A DNA stretch of 50,152 nucleotides from Anaerolineae bacterium (lineage in GTDB: Bacteria > Chloroflexota > Anaerolineae > Aggregatilineales > Phototrophicaceae): positions 1-50,152 of the forward strand of contig DAOUGG010000042.1 of assembly GCA_034408915.1 (NCBI GenBank). Reading direction: 5' to 3'. The notes beneath the pieces are model-generated. The model was not told where the DNA came from and ran no database searches. It saw only the letters and a program-made list of their open reading frames with translations. The position numbers and the translations under genes are program-made. Positions 16,985 to 25,285 of the stretch are shown one piece after another. The first letter of the stretch is position 1, and each line of letters opens with the position of its first letter.

Positions 16985-17649
16985 ATCGCGTTGCCATACT
17001 GACCGATATCCCCCAGAACGGGCCGACCTACCAGACCGAATACGGCGAAACAGCGCCGGTTGCCGAGACGCGGTTGGGCCGCCACACGGCGCTGATCTGT
17101 GCCGCCGCACATGCCGATCCTCGTGCTACCGTGCGGGCGCTGCGCGATTTGGGCGCGACTCATCTGTGGCTATGCGAGTCCGTCGCCGCGCTCTCCCGCC
17201 TGCTGGACAGCGGCGATGTGCTGATCCCGGACGACTACATCGACGGCACACGAGGCTACACGTACACGACCTACACCGAGACTGCGGGCGGCTACGTGCA
17301 GCAAATACCGGCCTTCGATCCCGCCAGCCGGGATGCGCTCATTCAGGGGGCCAGAGCCATCAGCCCTCGCCCCTTTACACGTGGCGTTTACGTCTGTGTC
17401 AGCCCGACGCGGCTGGAGACGCCCGCCGAAGCAGCTTTCTGGGCGCGCGCGGGCGCGCACGTTGCGGGGCGCTTCCTCAGCCCGTGGCTGACGCTGGCGC
17501 GCGAGCTTGATATGCATGTCGCTGTGCTGGCACTGGTCGTACGCGACGGCGGCCAGCCCGGACAAACCTCGTCGTTCACGACGTATGCGCCGGCGCTCAC
17601 CGCCGCCCTCGACGCCCTTCCGCTACCCATGGATCAAGCGCACGGGTAA
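16981..17649 (+). CDS. PNP/MTAP phosphorylase-family protein with degenerate phosphate-binding residues
   Basis: Collinear with MTAP. SGDVLIPDDYIDGTRG matches PGDIVIIDQFIDRT, but the GGTG and RHGRQH phosphate-binding motifs are replaced. ATGA overlap with manA. Confidence 0.5.
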   Translation: MNRVAILTDIPQNGPTYQTEYGETAPVAETRLGRHTALICAAAHADPRATVRALRDLGATHLWLCESVAALSRLLDSGDVLIPDDYIDGTRGYTYTTYTETAGGYVQQIPAFDPASRDALIQGARAISPRPFTRGVYVCVSPTRLETPAEAAFWARAGAHVAGRFLSPWLTLARELDMHVAVLALVVRDGGQPGQTSSFTTYAPALTAALDALPLPMDQAHG

Positions 17650-17654
17650 CGAAC

Positions 17655-19262
17655 TTGAGTCGCTTCGCTCTTCGTCTCGCCTGCGCGCTGGCTGTGTTCG
17701 CGCTCATCTGCACTCCGGGCAGCCCCAGTCTCGGCCAGAGCGGCGCGCCGTGCGGCATCGTCAACGCCATTGATTATCCCATCGACATCAGCGACACGCT
17801 GGCGCGTGATTTCGACGATTTCGGACGCTTTCGCAATCGTTTTGGCGGGCTGCACACGGGCATCGATATCGGCTTCCGGCGTCCCGGCGAAGCGGTCAAG
17901 GCGGCAGCGCGCGGGCGCGTGACTTACGCCGATCCCGAGGGCTGGGATACCGAGAAAGGCGTGGTCATCATCGAGCATATTTTCCCCGATGGCTCGCTGA
18001 TGTACTCGCTTTACGGCCACATGGAGGAAACCGAAACGATCCGCTTCCCTGCGGTCGGAACCTGCGTTGACCGCGGTCAGGTCGTCGGTGTCATCGGCAG
18101 GCCGACGCTCAGCCTGCCGCACCTGCATTATGAAATCCGCGACTTTTTGCCCAACGACGGTGGCCCGGGCTATGTCAGCACCAACCCGCGTCTGCAGGGT
18201 TGGTATCACCCCTTTGACTTCACCGAGTTGTGGCGGGCGCGTCTAAACGGCGGCGTCATCGCCTCGGTCACGCTGTATGAAGCGCCTGACTTAACTCCGG
18301 TGGTGGTCGATACCGGTATCGTCGCCAGCGTCAGCGGCGGCGTTCTGAGCGCATCGGTCCCGCCGGGCAACGTCGTCTGGCGCGTGAACCTGGGCGACGA
18401 GGTAATTGCTCTGAGGGCGCTGCCGGGAGATCGCGTTGTCACGCAGGCTGAGGATGGCGACGTGCGCGTGCTGCAAAGCGGGCGTTACGCGGCGGCCTGG
18501 ATGGTTGAAGGCGCGCGCCTGCCGCTGGCAGCGCTGGGCGAACGCCTGATCTTCGCGCTCGAAGACGGTGGGCTGGCAGCCTATGACATCACCGGCGCGG
18601 AGCTATGGAGAACGCCCGCAAACCCGGCCATGCGCCCGCTGGCGCTGGCTGCAAACGGTTCGAGCGCCGCCCTGACATACGCCGGCGGCAGTCGTTATGG
18701 CCTGCGGATCGTCGATGAAAACGGCAATATCGTATTCGAGGATGGGTTTGTGCGCGAACCGCTGCTCGCGCCCGGCCCGTTCGGAAGCTGGTATCTGCTC
18801 GATGGCGCAAACGTGGAGCGCATTGACGCCGGCCAGCGGGAAGCGCTCGCTTCAACCGGGTTGAGTCGCGGGCCCAACGCCGCGCTGACGGTCGATCTCT
18901 TCGGTCAGGCGTATGCTTACCTGAACGACCGCGACGATACGCTGCTCGCGCTGGACGCGGACGGCGAAGTGCGCTGGAGCATCGCCTATCCCTCCGAAGG
19001 CCCCGCCGAACCGCCGTTGATGGATACCGGCAATGGCTGCCTGTTGTATATTCTCGACGCCAACGGCACGCTAAACGTTTTCAGCGCGGCCACGGGCGAG
19101 TTGCTGCGGCAGGTGAGCTTCTACGCCGGCGGCGAGCAGACAGCCCGCCCCGGTTCGCGGCTGCTTCAGGTGGATGCTCTGGAACAGGTGTTGGTCGGCG
19201 CGGGCTTTCACTCCATCGCGCTGCTGAACGGCAACCAGCTCGCGCCCGAATGCACGGCGTAG
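17655..19262 (+). CDS. M23 family metallopeptidase with C-terminal repeat (beta-propeller-like) domain, secreted
   Basis: Signal peptide. M23/LytM motifs HTGIDI and SLPHLHYE. TTG start. Confidence 0.8.
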   Translation: MSRFALRLACALAVFALICTPGSPSLGQSGAPCGIVNAIDYPIDISDTLARDFDDFGRFRNRFGGLHTGIDIGFRRPGEAVKAAARGRVTYADPEGWDTEKGVVIIEHIFPDGSLMYSLYGHMEETETIRFPAVGTCVDRGQVVGVIGRPTLSLPHLHYEIRDFLPNDGGPGYVSTNPRLQGWYHPFDFTELWRARLNGGVIASVTLYEAPDLTPVVVDTGIVASVSGGVLSASVPPGNVVWRVNLGDEVIALRALPGDRVVTQAEDGDVRVLQSGRYAAAWMVEGARLPLAALGERLIFALEDGGLAAYDITGAELWRTPANPAMRPLALAANGSSAALTYAGGSRYGLRIVDENGNIVFEDGFVREPLLAPGPFGSWYLLDGANVERIDAGQREALASTGLSRGPNAALTVDLFGQAYAYLNDRDDTLLALDADGEVRWSIAYPSEGPAEPPLMDTGNGCLLYILDANGTLNVFSAATGELLRQVSFYAGGEQTARPGSRLLQVDALEQVLVGAGFHSIALLNGNQLAPECTA

Positions 19263-19298
19263 CCGCAGCCACAAAACGCCCATCCGGGCAATCCTATC

Positions 19299-19949
19299 CT
19301 ATCCCATCTGCTTCTTCTGGAAATAGCGCGCTTCGCTGAGGACAAAATCGACCGTGCCCGCGATGGTGGCATCCGGACGCATGTTTCGTGGCATATCAAA
19401 CACGTGATGGGCGCTCAGGCGCGGGCTGCTGACGCCGGTCACGTGCAGCACGCCGACCTGTCCAGCATCCAGCGCCGCCGGATAAAGCGCCGTCCCCTCA
19501 AGGATCGCGTCGGGCTGCGGCTGCATGACGAGCTGCAAGCCCGATGCGCCGGGTTGCGGCGTGCTCGTCAGAATGAGGCCATCGCGTTCGACGCTGTGCG
19601 CCTCGTCGATCAGCGCCGCCTGAACGATACCCTCCAGTTTTTCGCGGCTCCCCGCCGCCAGCAGGCCGCCGGCATTGATGGCATCGTAGCCCATCGCATC
19701 GAGCACGATCATCGTCGAGCGCCCGCCGGTCACCTGACAGTGCCACATCTCGGAAGCGCAGCTTCCGCCAACATCCACTAGCAGCGTGCGCCGGGACGTG
19801 GGCTGTAGCGAGCAGACCTGAACATCGCCGTTATCCTCGAAGCGCTGCACCTGCACCCGCAGTTGTTTGAGAAAAGTGTAGAGCCGCGGTAGCAGGTCGA
19901 GATCGCCGCGCAGGTTATGCGTATAGAGAATGCTGAGCGGCCCGTTCAT
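19299..19949 (-). CDS. truncated, degenerate calcineurin-like metallophosphoesterase-domain protein (5'-nucleotidase N-domain-like)
   Basis: Collinear with the 5'-nucleotidase N-domain. ILYTHNLRGDL aligns to ILHTNDxHG, DVGGS to DAGDxxxGS and MGYDAINAGG to MGYDAxxxGNHEFD, so the metal ligands are replaced. It lacks the C-terminal substrate domain. Confidence 0.45.
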   Translation of the reverse strand: MNGPLSILYTHNLRGDLDLLPRLYTFLKQLRVQVQRFEDNGDVQVCSLQPTSRRTLLVDVGGSCASEMWHCQVTGGRSTMIVLDAMGYDAINAGGLLAAGSREKLEGIVQAALIDEAHSVERDGLILTSTPQPGASGLQLVMQPQPDAILEGTALYPAALDAGQVGVLHVTGVSSPRLSAHHVFDMPRNMRPDATIAGTVDFVLSEARYFQKKQMG

Positions 19950-19982
19950 CAGAGACCCACAAGCCCGGTGCGGCCAGCGCCG

Positions 19983-20759
19983 TCAGCGATGCTTCCACTG
20001 TGGCGTGCGCTTTTCGATGAACGCAGCCATGCCTTCGCGTTTGTCATCCGTGCCGAACAACAGGTAGAAGTTGCGCTTTTCATAGTCCAGTCCGTCCGTC
20101 AGGCTCAGCTCATACGCCTTGTTCACCGCATCCTTGATGAGGCGCACGGCGACGCGCGGCATGGCGGCAATCCGCGCGGCAAGCTGAATGGCCTCGTTCA
20201 GATATTCCTCGACCGGATACACACGGTTCACAAGCCCTGCAGCCAGCGCTTCCTCGGCCGTCAGATGCCGGTTACCGAGCATCACTTCCATCGCAAGCGC
20301 CTTACCGATGGCGCGCGTCAGGCGCTGGGTTCCGCCCGCGCCCGGCATGATGCCGATCGTTACCTCCGGCTGGCCGAAGCGGGCCGTTTCCGAGGCGACA
20401 ATCATGTCGCAGGCCATGGCAAGCTCGCAACCACCGCCCAGCGCCCACCCGCTAACCGCCGCGATGATCGGCTTGGTGATGGCGCGCATACGCGACCAGT
20501 CGGTAAGGTCGTCTCTCACCAACATTTCAACCGCGTCGCTTTCGGCCATCTGCCGGATGTCCGCGCCCGCAGCGAAAGCCTTATCGCTGCCGGTCACGAC
20601 GATACACCCTATCGCTTCATCGCGCTCGAACGCTGCAAACGCATCAAATAACTCGGCCATTAACCGGCTGTTGAGCGCATTCAAAGCCTGAGGACGATTG
20701 AGGCGAACCAGGCCAACGCCTTCAGCGGGCGTTTCCACCAGTATGGTCTCGTATGACAT
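19983..20759 (-). CDS. enoyl-CoA hydratase/isomerase (crotonase) family protein
   Basis: Crotonase-fold motifs (AFAAGADI, catalytic Glu residues in GGGCELAMACD...ETARFGQPE). GGAGAT SD. Confidence 0.9.
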   Translation of the reverse strand: MSYETILVETPAEGVGLVRLNRPQALNALNSRLMAELFDAFAAFERDEAIGCIVVTGSDKAFAAGADIRQMAESDAVEMLVRDDLTDWSRMRAITKPIIAAVSGWALGGGCELAMACDMIVASETARFGQPEVTIGIMPGAGGTQRLTRAIGKALAMEVMLGNRHLTAEEALAAGLVNRVYPVEEYLNEAIQLAARIAAMPRVAVRLIKDAVNKAYELSLTDGLDYEKRNFYLLFGTDDKREGMAAFIEKRTPQWKHR

Positions 20760-20917
20760 CGGCAGCATCTCCTACGATGGTAAAAGGCAGGGGATCATTC
20801 CCGCGGAGTATAGCGCAGTTAGAAATCTCAAATCGTCATTTTTAACCTGTTGATACCTTTTGTTAACACTTCCTACCCTATATTCCAACACAGCCGCTGA
20901 GTTAGCGTAGGCTATTT

Positions 20918-20927
20918 TGTTATAAAA
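20918..20927 (+). promoter_or_regulatory. extended -10-like element TGtTATAAAA upstream of the LysM gene
   Basis: Located in the AT-rich divergent intergenic region. AAGGAGA SD at 20954. Confidence 0.3.
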
Positions 20928-20969
20928 TTGAATCATGGACGTTAGTGCGATCTGCAAGGAGACAGCCTG

Positions 20970-21632
20970 ATGAAATCGCGCACATGGCTTGCTGTAATAT
21001 TGCTCGCACTCCTTATCGTACCGTTACTCGTCGCACCGGCATCAGCCGCCCCTGCTGAAGCCGCCTGCGGCCCGGACGTGACACACATCGTGCAACCCGG
21101 AGAGAACCTCTTCCGGATTTCTCTCCGCTATGGCACGACAATGCAAGCCATCGCGGCAGCGAATGGCATCACCAACTATGCGCGGATCTATGCGGGTAGC
21201 GTGCTCAGGATTCCCTGCGCCGACACGGCTCCGCAGCCACCCGTGACCGTGCCGCCAAACCCAGGCGGGCGCGGCATTCTGCCGCCGGTCTTTTCCATCC
21301 CGTCGGTCCACATTCCACCCATCGTGCTCGATTGCCGCCTGCTGGTTGGGACGTCTCCGCTGGACGGTATGGCCTACGGCGAGCAAACCTTCTACTGGAA
21401 CCCGGTTCCGGGCGCGACCAGCTACCGCGTGAACGTCTATAACCTCGACATCACGCCCGGCCGTCTGGTGGCGGTGTTCGACACGCCAGCCACGCGTACC
21501 AACGTCACGGGGAACGTCGGCGGCCCCGCCGGCCCGGGCTTCCGCTTCCAGTGGGAAGTACAGGCGTTGGTGAGCGATATTCCGATCTGCACCAGCCAGC
21601 GCTATACCAACTGGCGCGCTGCCGCGCCCTGA
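20970..21632 (+). CDS. secreted LysM domain protein
   Basis: Signal peptide. LysM motif (HIVQPGENLFRISLRYGTTMQAIAAANGI...). Pro-rich linker. Confidence 0.8.
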   Translation: MKSRTWLAVILLALLIVPLLVAPASAAPAEAACGPDVTHIVQPGENLFRISLRYGTTMQAIAAANGITNYARIYAGSVLRIPCADTAPQPPVTVPPNPGGRGILPPVFSIPSVHIPPIVLDCRLLVGTSPLDGMAYGEQTFYWNPVPGATSYRVNVYNLDITPGRLVAVFDTPATRTNVTGNVGGPAGPGFRFQWEVQALVSDIPICTSQRYTNWRAAAP

Positions 21633-21661
21633 CGCTTGCACAGGACGTATCAGTTAGCTTC

Positions 21662-21700
21662 AGCCCTCTGTTCTGTCTGGAGAACAGAGGGCTTTTTTTA
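21662..21700 (+). terminator. rho-independent terminator
   Basis: 13-bp stem AGCCCTCTGTTCT/AGAACAGAGGGCT plus a T7 run. Confidence 0.8.
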
Positions 21701-22048
21701 GCTGTTCCGCGCCACGAACGCCTCAAAGGCTTCCGCTGCCGCGTCGAATCTGGCCTCCTGCTCGGCGTCGCCTTCCGTTGGAACAAGCCGCAGAATGGCC
21801 TCCAGTTCGCCCTTCATTCCTTCGTAGATATGCATGGCCGTCGGTTCGTCGGCGATAAAGCGCTCGTGTGTGCCAAAACCGTAAACACTGCACGTGATCG
21901 CGTAAGGAACGCGCAGGCAATCCCGTTCCAGCGTAATACGCGCGCCGTTCGGATGTTCCTCGTCACGGATGATGTCGCCGCCGTTTGCGCCGGTCGCGCC
22001 AATCGTCCGGCCTTCGTCATAGGGCTGCCAGCCCGAAGCGCCGTTCAT
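21698..22048 (-). CDS. hypothetical protein (116 aa), last gene of the Tam-GNAT-VOC/GNAT operon
   Basis: ATGA overlap with the upstream gene. Coding-like codon bias. No recognised domain. Confidence 0.5.
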   Translation of the reverse strand: MNGASGWQPYDEGRTIGATGANGGDIIRDEEHPNGARITLERDCLRVPYAITCSVYGFGTHERFIADEPTAMHIYEGMKGELEAILRLVPTEGDAEQEARFDAAAEAFEAFVARNS

Positions 22049-22986
22049 GATCTCTCCTCCTCCCGCCGCCCGTTAGCAACGGACGTCAGGTCAAACCAGT
22101 AGCGCCGCTCGTGAATAATCGCGCCGTCAATGGTCACCGGGCCTTCGCCTTCAAAGACGCCACCGTTTGCCTCGATGATTTTGCGCGAACCAATGTTCTC
22201 GCGGTTGCAGGTGACGAGCGCGCGCGTCAGCCCCAGCCGGCGTGCTTCAACCAGCGCCAGTTGCAGAATGCGCCTGCCATAGCCCTGACGCCGTCTGGAC
22301 GGGCGTATCTGGTACCCGATGTTGCCGCCATACTTGCGGAGAAAGTCGTTCAGGCGATGGCGAATGCGCGTCGTGCCGATGTATTCACCGTTGTCGATCA
22401 ACCAGAACTCGCTTTCCGGCACGTAGGATGGCGCAAACTGCCTCGGTTTCGCACGGTCGAGGCGGCTCTGCACGAACAACGCGAACGAACGCGCCGCCCA
22501 CTCGTAATCGACGTGCAATTCGCGTCCTTCCATCTGATATTCACGCAGCGCCTCAAGGTAGCTATCGCGGAACTCGATACTGGGACGAGCGAGGTAAGGT
22601 TCGCGCCGGGGCTGGATGAATTCGACGCGGTTGCCAAACGGGTCGCGAAACTCAAAGCGGTCAAAACCCGGTATCGGGATCGACTCGGCCAGTTGGATAC
22701 CGCGCTCGGTCAGCCGCGCCCGCCACGCCTGCAGGTCATCGACCTGATAGGCCACATGAGCCTTCGTGCGTTCCCGATCGACGCCTTCCTCAACGCCAAT
22801 ATGGACCTGCTGGTCGCCAAGCGCTACCCAGAAGCCGCCTCTGCCCGCCAGCGATTCCGGCTTGTCGATCTCCGGGAGGCCCAGCAGCCCGCAGTAAAAC
22901 GCGCGCGCCGCCGCTTCCTGGCCCGGCGGAATGGTGATCTGAACATGATGTAACCGGCTGATCGTCACCGCTGTGCTCTCCGCCAC
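22045..22986 (-). CDS. VOC (glyoxalase/bleomycin-resistance fold) domain fused to a C-terminal GNAT acetyltransferase domain
   Basis: N-terminus with HHVQITIP...FWVALGDQQVHIG...FRDPFGNRVEF (VOC). C-terminus with an RRxGxG/A acetyl-CoA motif (RRRQGYGRRIL). Confidence 0.7.
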   Translation of the reverse strand: MAESTAVTISRLHHVQITIPPGQEAAARAFYCGLLGLPEIDKPESLAGRGGFWVALGDQQVHIGVEEGVDRERTKAHVAYQVDDLQAWRARLTERGIQLAESIPIPGFDRFEFRDPFGNRVEFIQPRREPYLARPSIEFRDSYLEALREYQMEGRELHVDYEWAARSFALFVQSRLDRAKPRQFAPSYVPESEFWLIDNGEYIGTTRIRHRLNDFLRKYGGNIGYQIRPSRRRQGYGRRILQLALVEARRLGLTRALVTCNRENIGSRKIIEANGGVFEGEGPVTIDGAIIHERRYWFDLTSVANGRREEERS

Positions 22987-22988
22987 AC

Positions 22989-23503
22989 TCAGGCTTCCTT
23001 CGCCAGTTCCCAGAGCAACAACCCGCCGTTCGACACGCCGATGCGTTGCAGGCCCAGCTTTTCCAGAATGCGAATCGAACCAACGTTATCGGGGCGACAA
23101 TCGGCGGTCAACCGCTGCACGCCCGGTTGCTCGAAAGCCCAGTCCCGAAGCGCGCGCGCCGCCTCGAAGCCGAAACCCTGACGGCGATATTCCGGAACGA
23201 TGCCATATCCAATATCGACCGCGCCGCGCGCGTTGGGCCGGCCTTTGAAACCGACATCGCCGATGACCACCTGATCGGCGACATGGATAATCATCCAGAC
23301 GCCCCAGCCGATTAACGCAGGGTCATTTTCGACCTGCCGGGCATAGACAGGCAAATAACCGTGAATTTCCGCACTTGGCCAATCCGGGTGAACCCGGTAC
23401 CGGATCAGCACTTCGGCATGACGCCGGCCATTGAACGCAGCACGAGCCACCTGCGCGCTGCAGGCCATCAACAGCAGGCGGTCAGAAGAAACGGTGAGCA
23501 TGG
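22989..23503 (-). CDS. GNAT family N-acetyltransferase (RimJ/RimL-like)
   Basis: Motif YRRQGFGFEAARALRDWAF. The start at 23503 abuts the stop of the upstream methyltransferase. The computed ORF extends to 23675. Confidence 0.75.
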
Positions 23504-24271
23504 TTATTCTCCCTGCGGGGCGATCGCTGCAAACAGCGTCCGCCGGAAACCGTAGAAAACCGGGCCTTGAGGCCAGCGGGCGCGTAGCCGCGTTCGGTAG
23601 GCATCCATAAAGGCCGCGTGCAGCGCGGATGGTAGCCGCTCCATATACGGAACCAGCAGCGTGCCAGATGTCCACTCGGCAATGGCATCGGCGTCTGGCA
23701 GGATATGTGGATAAATCTTCTCAAATACGGTGATGTCCTCGCCGCCGCAGGCGAAGAGCAGTTCGGCGTAGGCGTCAATCGGCAGCACAGGCGCTGAACG
23801 CGACCAGCCGCCGAGCGCCGTGGCGAAAGGTTCCTGCGCCGCCAGTTCCCGAACGACCTGATGGCTGTAGTGGGTGTGGTTGGATGGCATCTGGACCACA
23901 AGCTGGCCCCCAGGCTTTAACAGGCCGAACAACCGTGATATCAGCGTCTGGTGATCGTCCACCCACTGGAGCGCGGCATGTGAGAAAATCAGGTCCCACT
24001 CCCCCGCGACGCTCTCAATCGTTCCTTGCTCAAAGCGCAGGCCGGGTCGAACAAACGCCTCAGCCCGGCCGAGCATCTCCGCCGAGCTATCCAGCCCAAG
24101 AACGTCGCTGTCCGGCAGCAGGTCGGCCAGCCGGGCGGTCAACTCGCCCGTGCCACAGCCAAGGTCGATGGCGCGCATTCCGGGGCGAACCCGTATGAGT
24201 TTGACGAGGTCTTCAAACGGCGCGGCCCGCTGCGCCCTGAATTTATGATACTGCTCCGGATTCCAGGGCAT
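23504..24271 (-). CDS. trans-aconitate 2-methyltransferase-like (Tam family) SAM-dependent carboxyl methyltransferase
   Basis: N-terminal MPWNPEQYxKF signature and DLGCGTG motif I. The start at 24271 lies inside a longer computed ORF. Confidence 0.8.
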   Translation of the reverse strand: MPWNPEQYHKFRAQRAAPFEDLVKLIRVRPGMRAIDLGCGTGELTARLADLLPDSDVLGLDSSAEMLGRAEAFVRPGLRFEQGTIESVAGEWDLIFSHAALQWVDDHQTLISRLFGLLKPGGQLVVQMPSNHTHYSHQVVRELAAQEPFATALGGWSRSAPVLPIDAYAELLFACGGEDITVFEKIYPHILPDADAIAEWTSGTLLVPYMERLPSALHAAFMDAYRTRLRARWPQGPVFYGFRRTLFAAIAPQGE

Positions 24272-24429
24272 TTCACGTCTTCTTTCATATGTGACGCTAC
24301 CATGATGATACCGGAAAACAGCGCATTCGGGCCGCCGAACAGGCAGGCGCGAGAACCCCAATATGCCAGTCCTCGCATACCAGCTACCCCTGCTTTCAGA
24401 GAGCGCAGCGCCGCAAGGCGGGCGATAAA

Positions 24430-25074
24430 TTATCGAGCACCTGTACCCGTTTTATGTCGCCGGTAGTGCCGCCGAGCCTTGGCCTGATTGCCACACGTCT
24501 CCATGCTGCACCAGCGCCGGCTGCGGTTCTTGCTCATGTCCAGAAACAGCCAGCCGCATCCATCCGGCGCGGGGCAAACACGCACGCGCGAGCGCAACGG
24601 TGAAGCGAGAAGTTCGGCCGCTTCATAGGCGACAATCCACAGCATTTGCTCAAGCGCGTCTGCCGGAAGCGACCAGCGCCACGCAAAACCGTCCCCTTCC
24701 ACAACGAGCATCCGGCGCGCAGCCGCGGCGGCCACGACCGCGTTGAGCGCTTCCAGATCGGTTTCATCCGGCCGTTCGCCCGCAGCAACAGCGCTGAAGA
24801 TGGTATGAAGGCGGTCGCGCAGTTCGAGCGCCTGTTTGAGCACCCTGCACGCTTCGTCAGGCTTCTGCGCGGCGACAGCGCGCAACGGTTCCGCCTGTTG
24901 CTCATCGAGCGCGCCCGCGTAAACGCTCCAGTTCAGCAGGTCGGCGTAGCTACGCAGATATTCCGTCGCCAGCAGGTGAACACGGTCGCTCACCGTATTG
25001 ACGAAATCCAACGGCAGGCTGCCGCCATCGAGACGCAGCGTGTTGAAATCGGTCAGCGTCATCGGCTTTTCCAT
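24430..25074 (-). CDS. ABATE-domain / CGNR zinc-finger protein (putative stress-responsive nucleic-acid-binding regulator)
   Basis: C-terminal Cys cluster CPAPDGCGWLFLD...RRWCSMETCGNQAKARRHYRR (CGNR-type zinc finger). Start uncertain (25062, 25074 or 25095). Confidence 0.7.
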   Translation of the reverse strand: MEKPMTLTDFNTLRLDGGSLPLDFVNTVSDRVHLLATEYLRSYADLLNWSVYAGALDEQQAEPLRAVAAQKPDEACRVLKQALELRDRLHTIFSAVAAGERPDETDLEALNAVVAAAAARRMLVVEGDGFAWRWSLPADALEQMLWIVAYEAAELLASPLRSRVRVCPAPDGCGWLFLDMSKNRSRRWCSMETCGNQAKARRHYRRHKTGTGAR

Positions 25075-25285
25075 TCTCCCACGCAGGCCCCCCAAACAGA
25101 TGTTTACCGGATGAAGAGCGTGCTACTCTTTAACCAGTATAAACCGTTTTGAAGGTTATGCGTTTCGGGTGCGGGAGTACAGCCCATGCGCTCGGAGCAG
25201 CGAAGCCGCTGGCGGCACGGTGATTTTGCTAAGCTCAGGGCCGGTGATCGAGGACAGCGCGGGGCAACCGTAGTGGCGCGTTACA

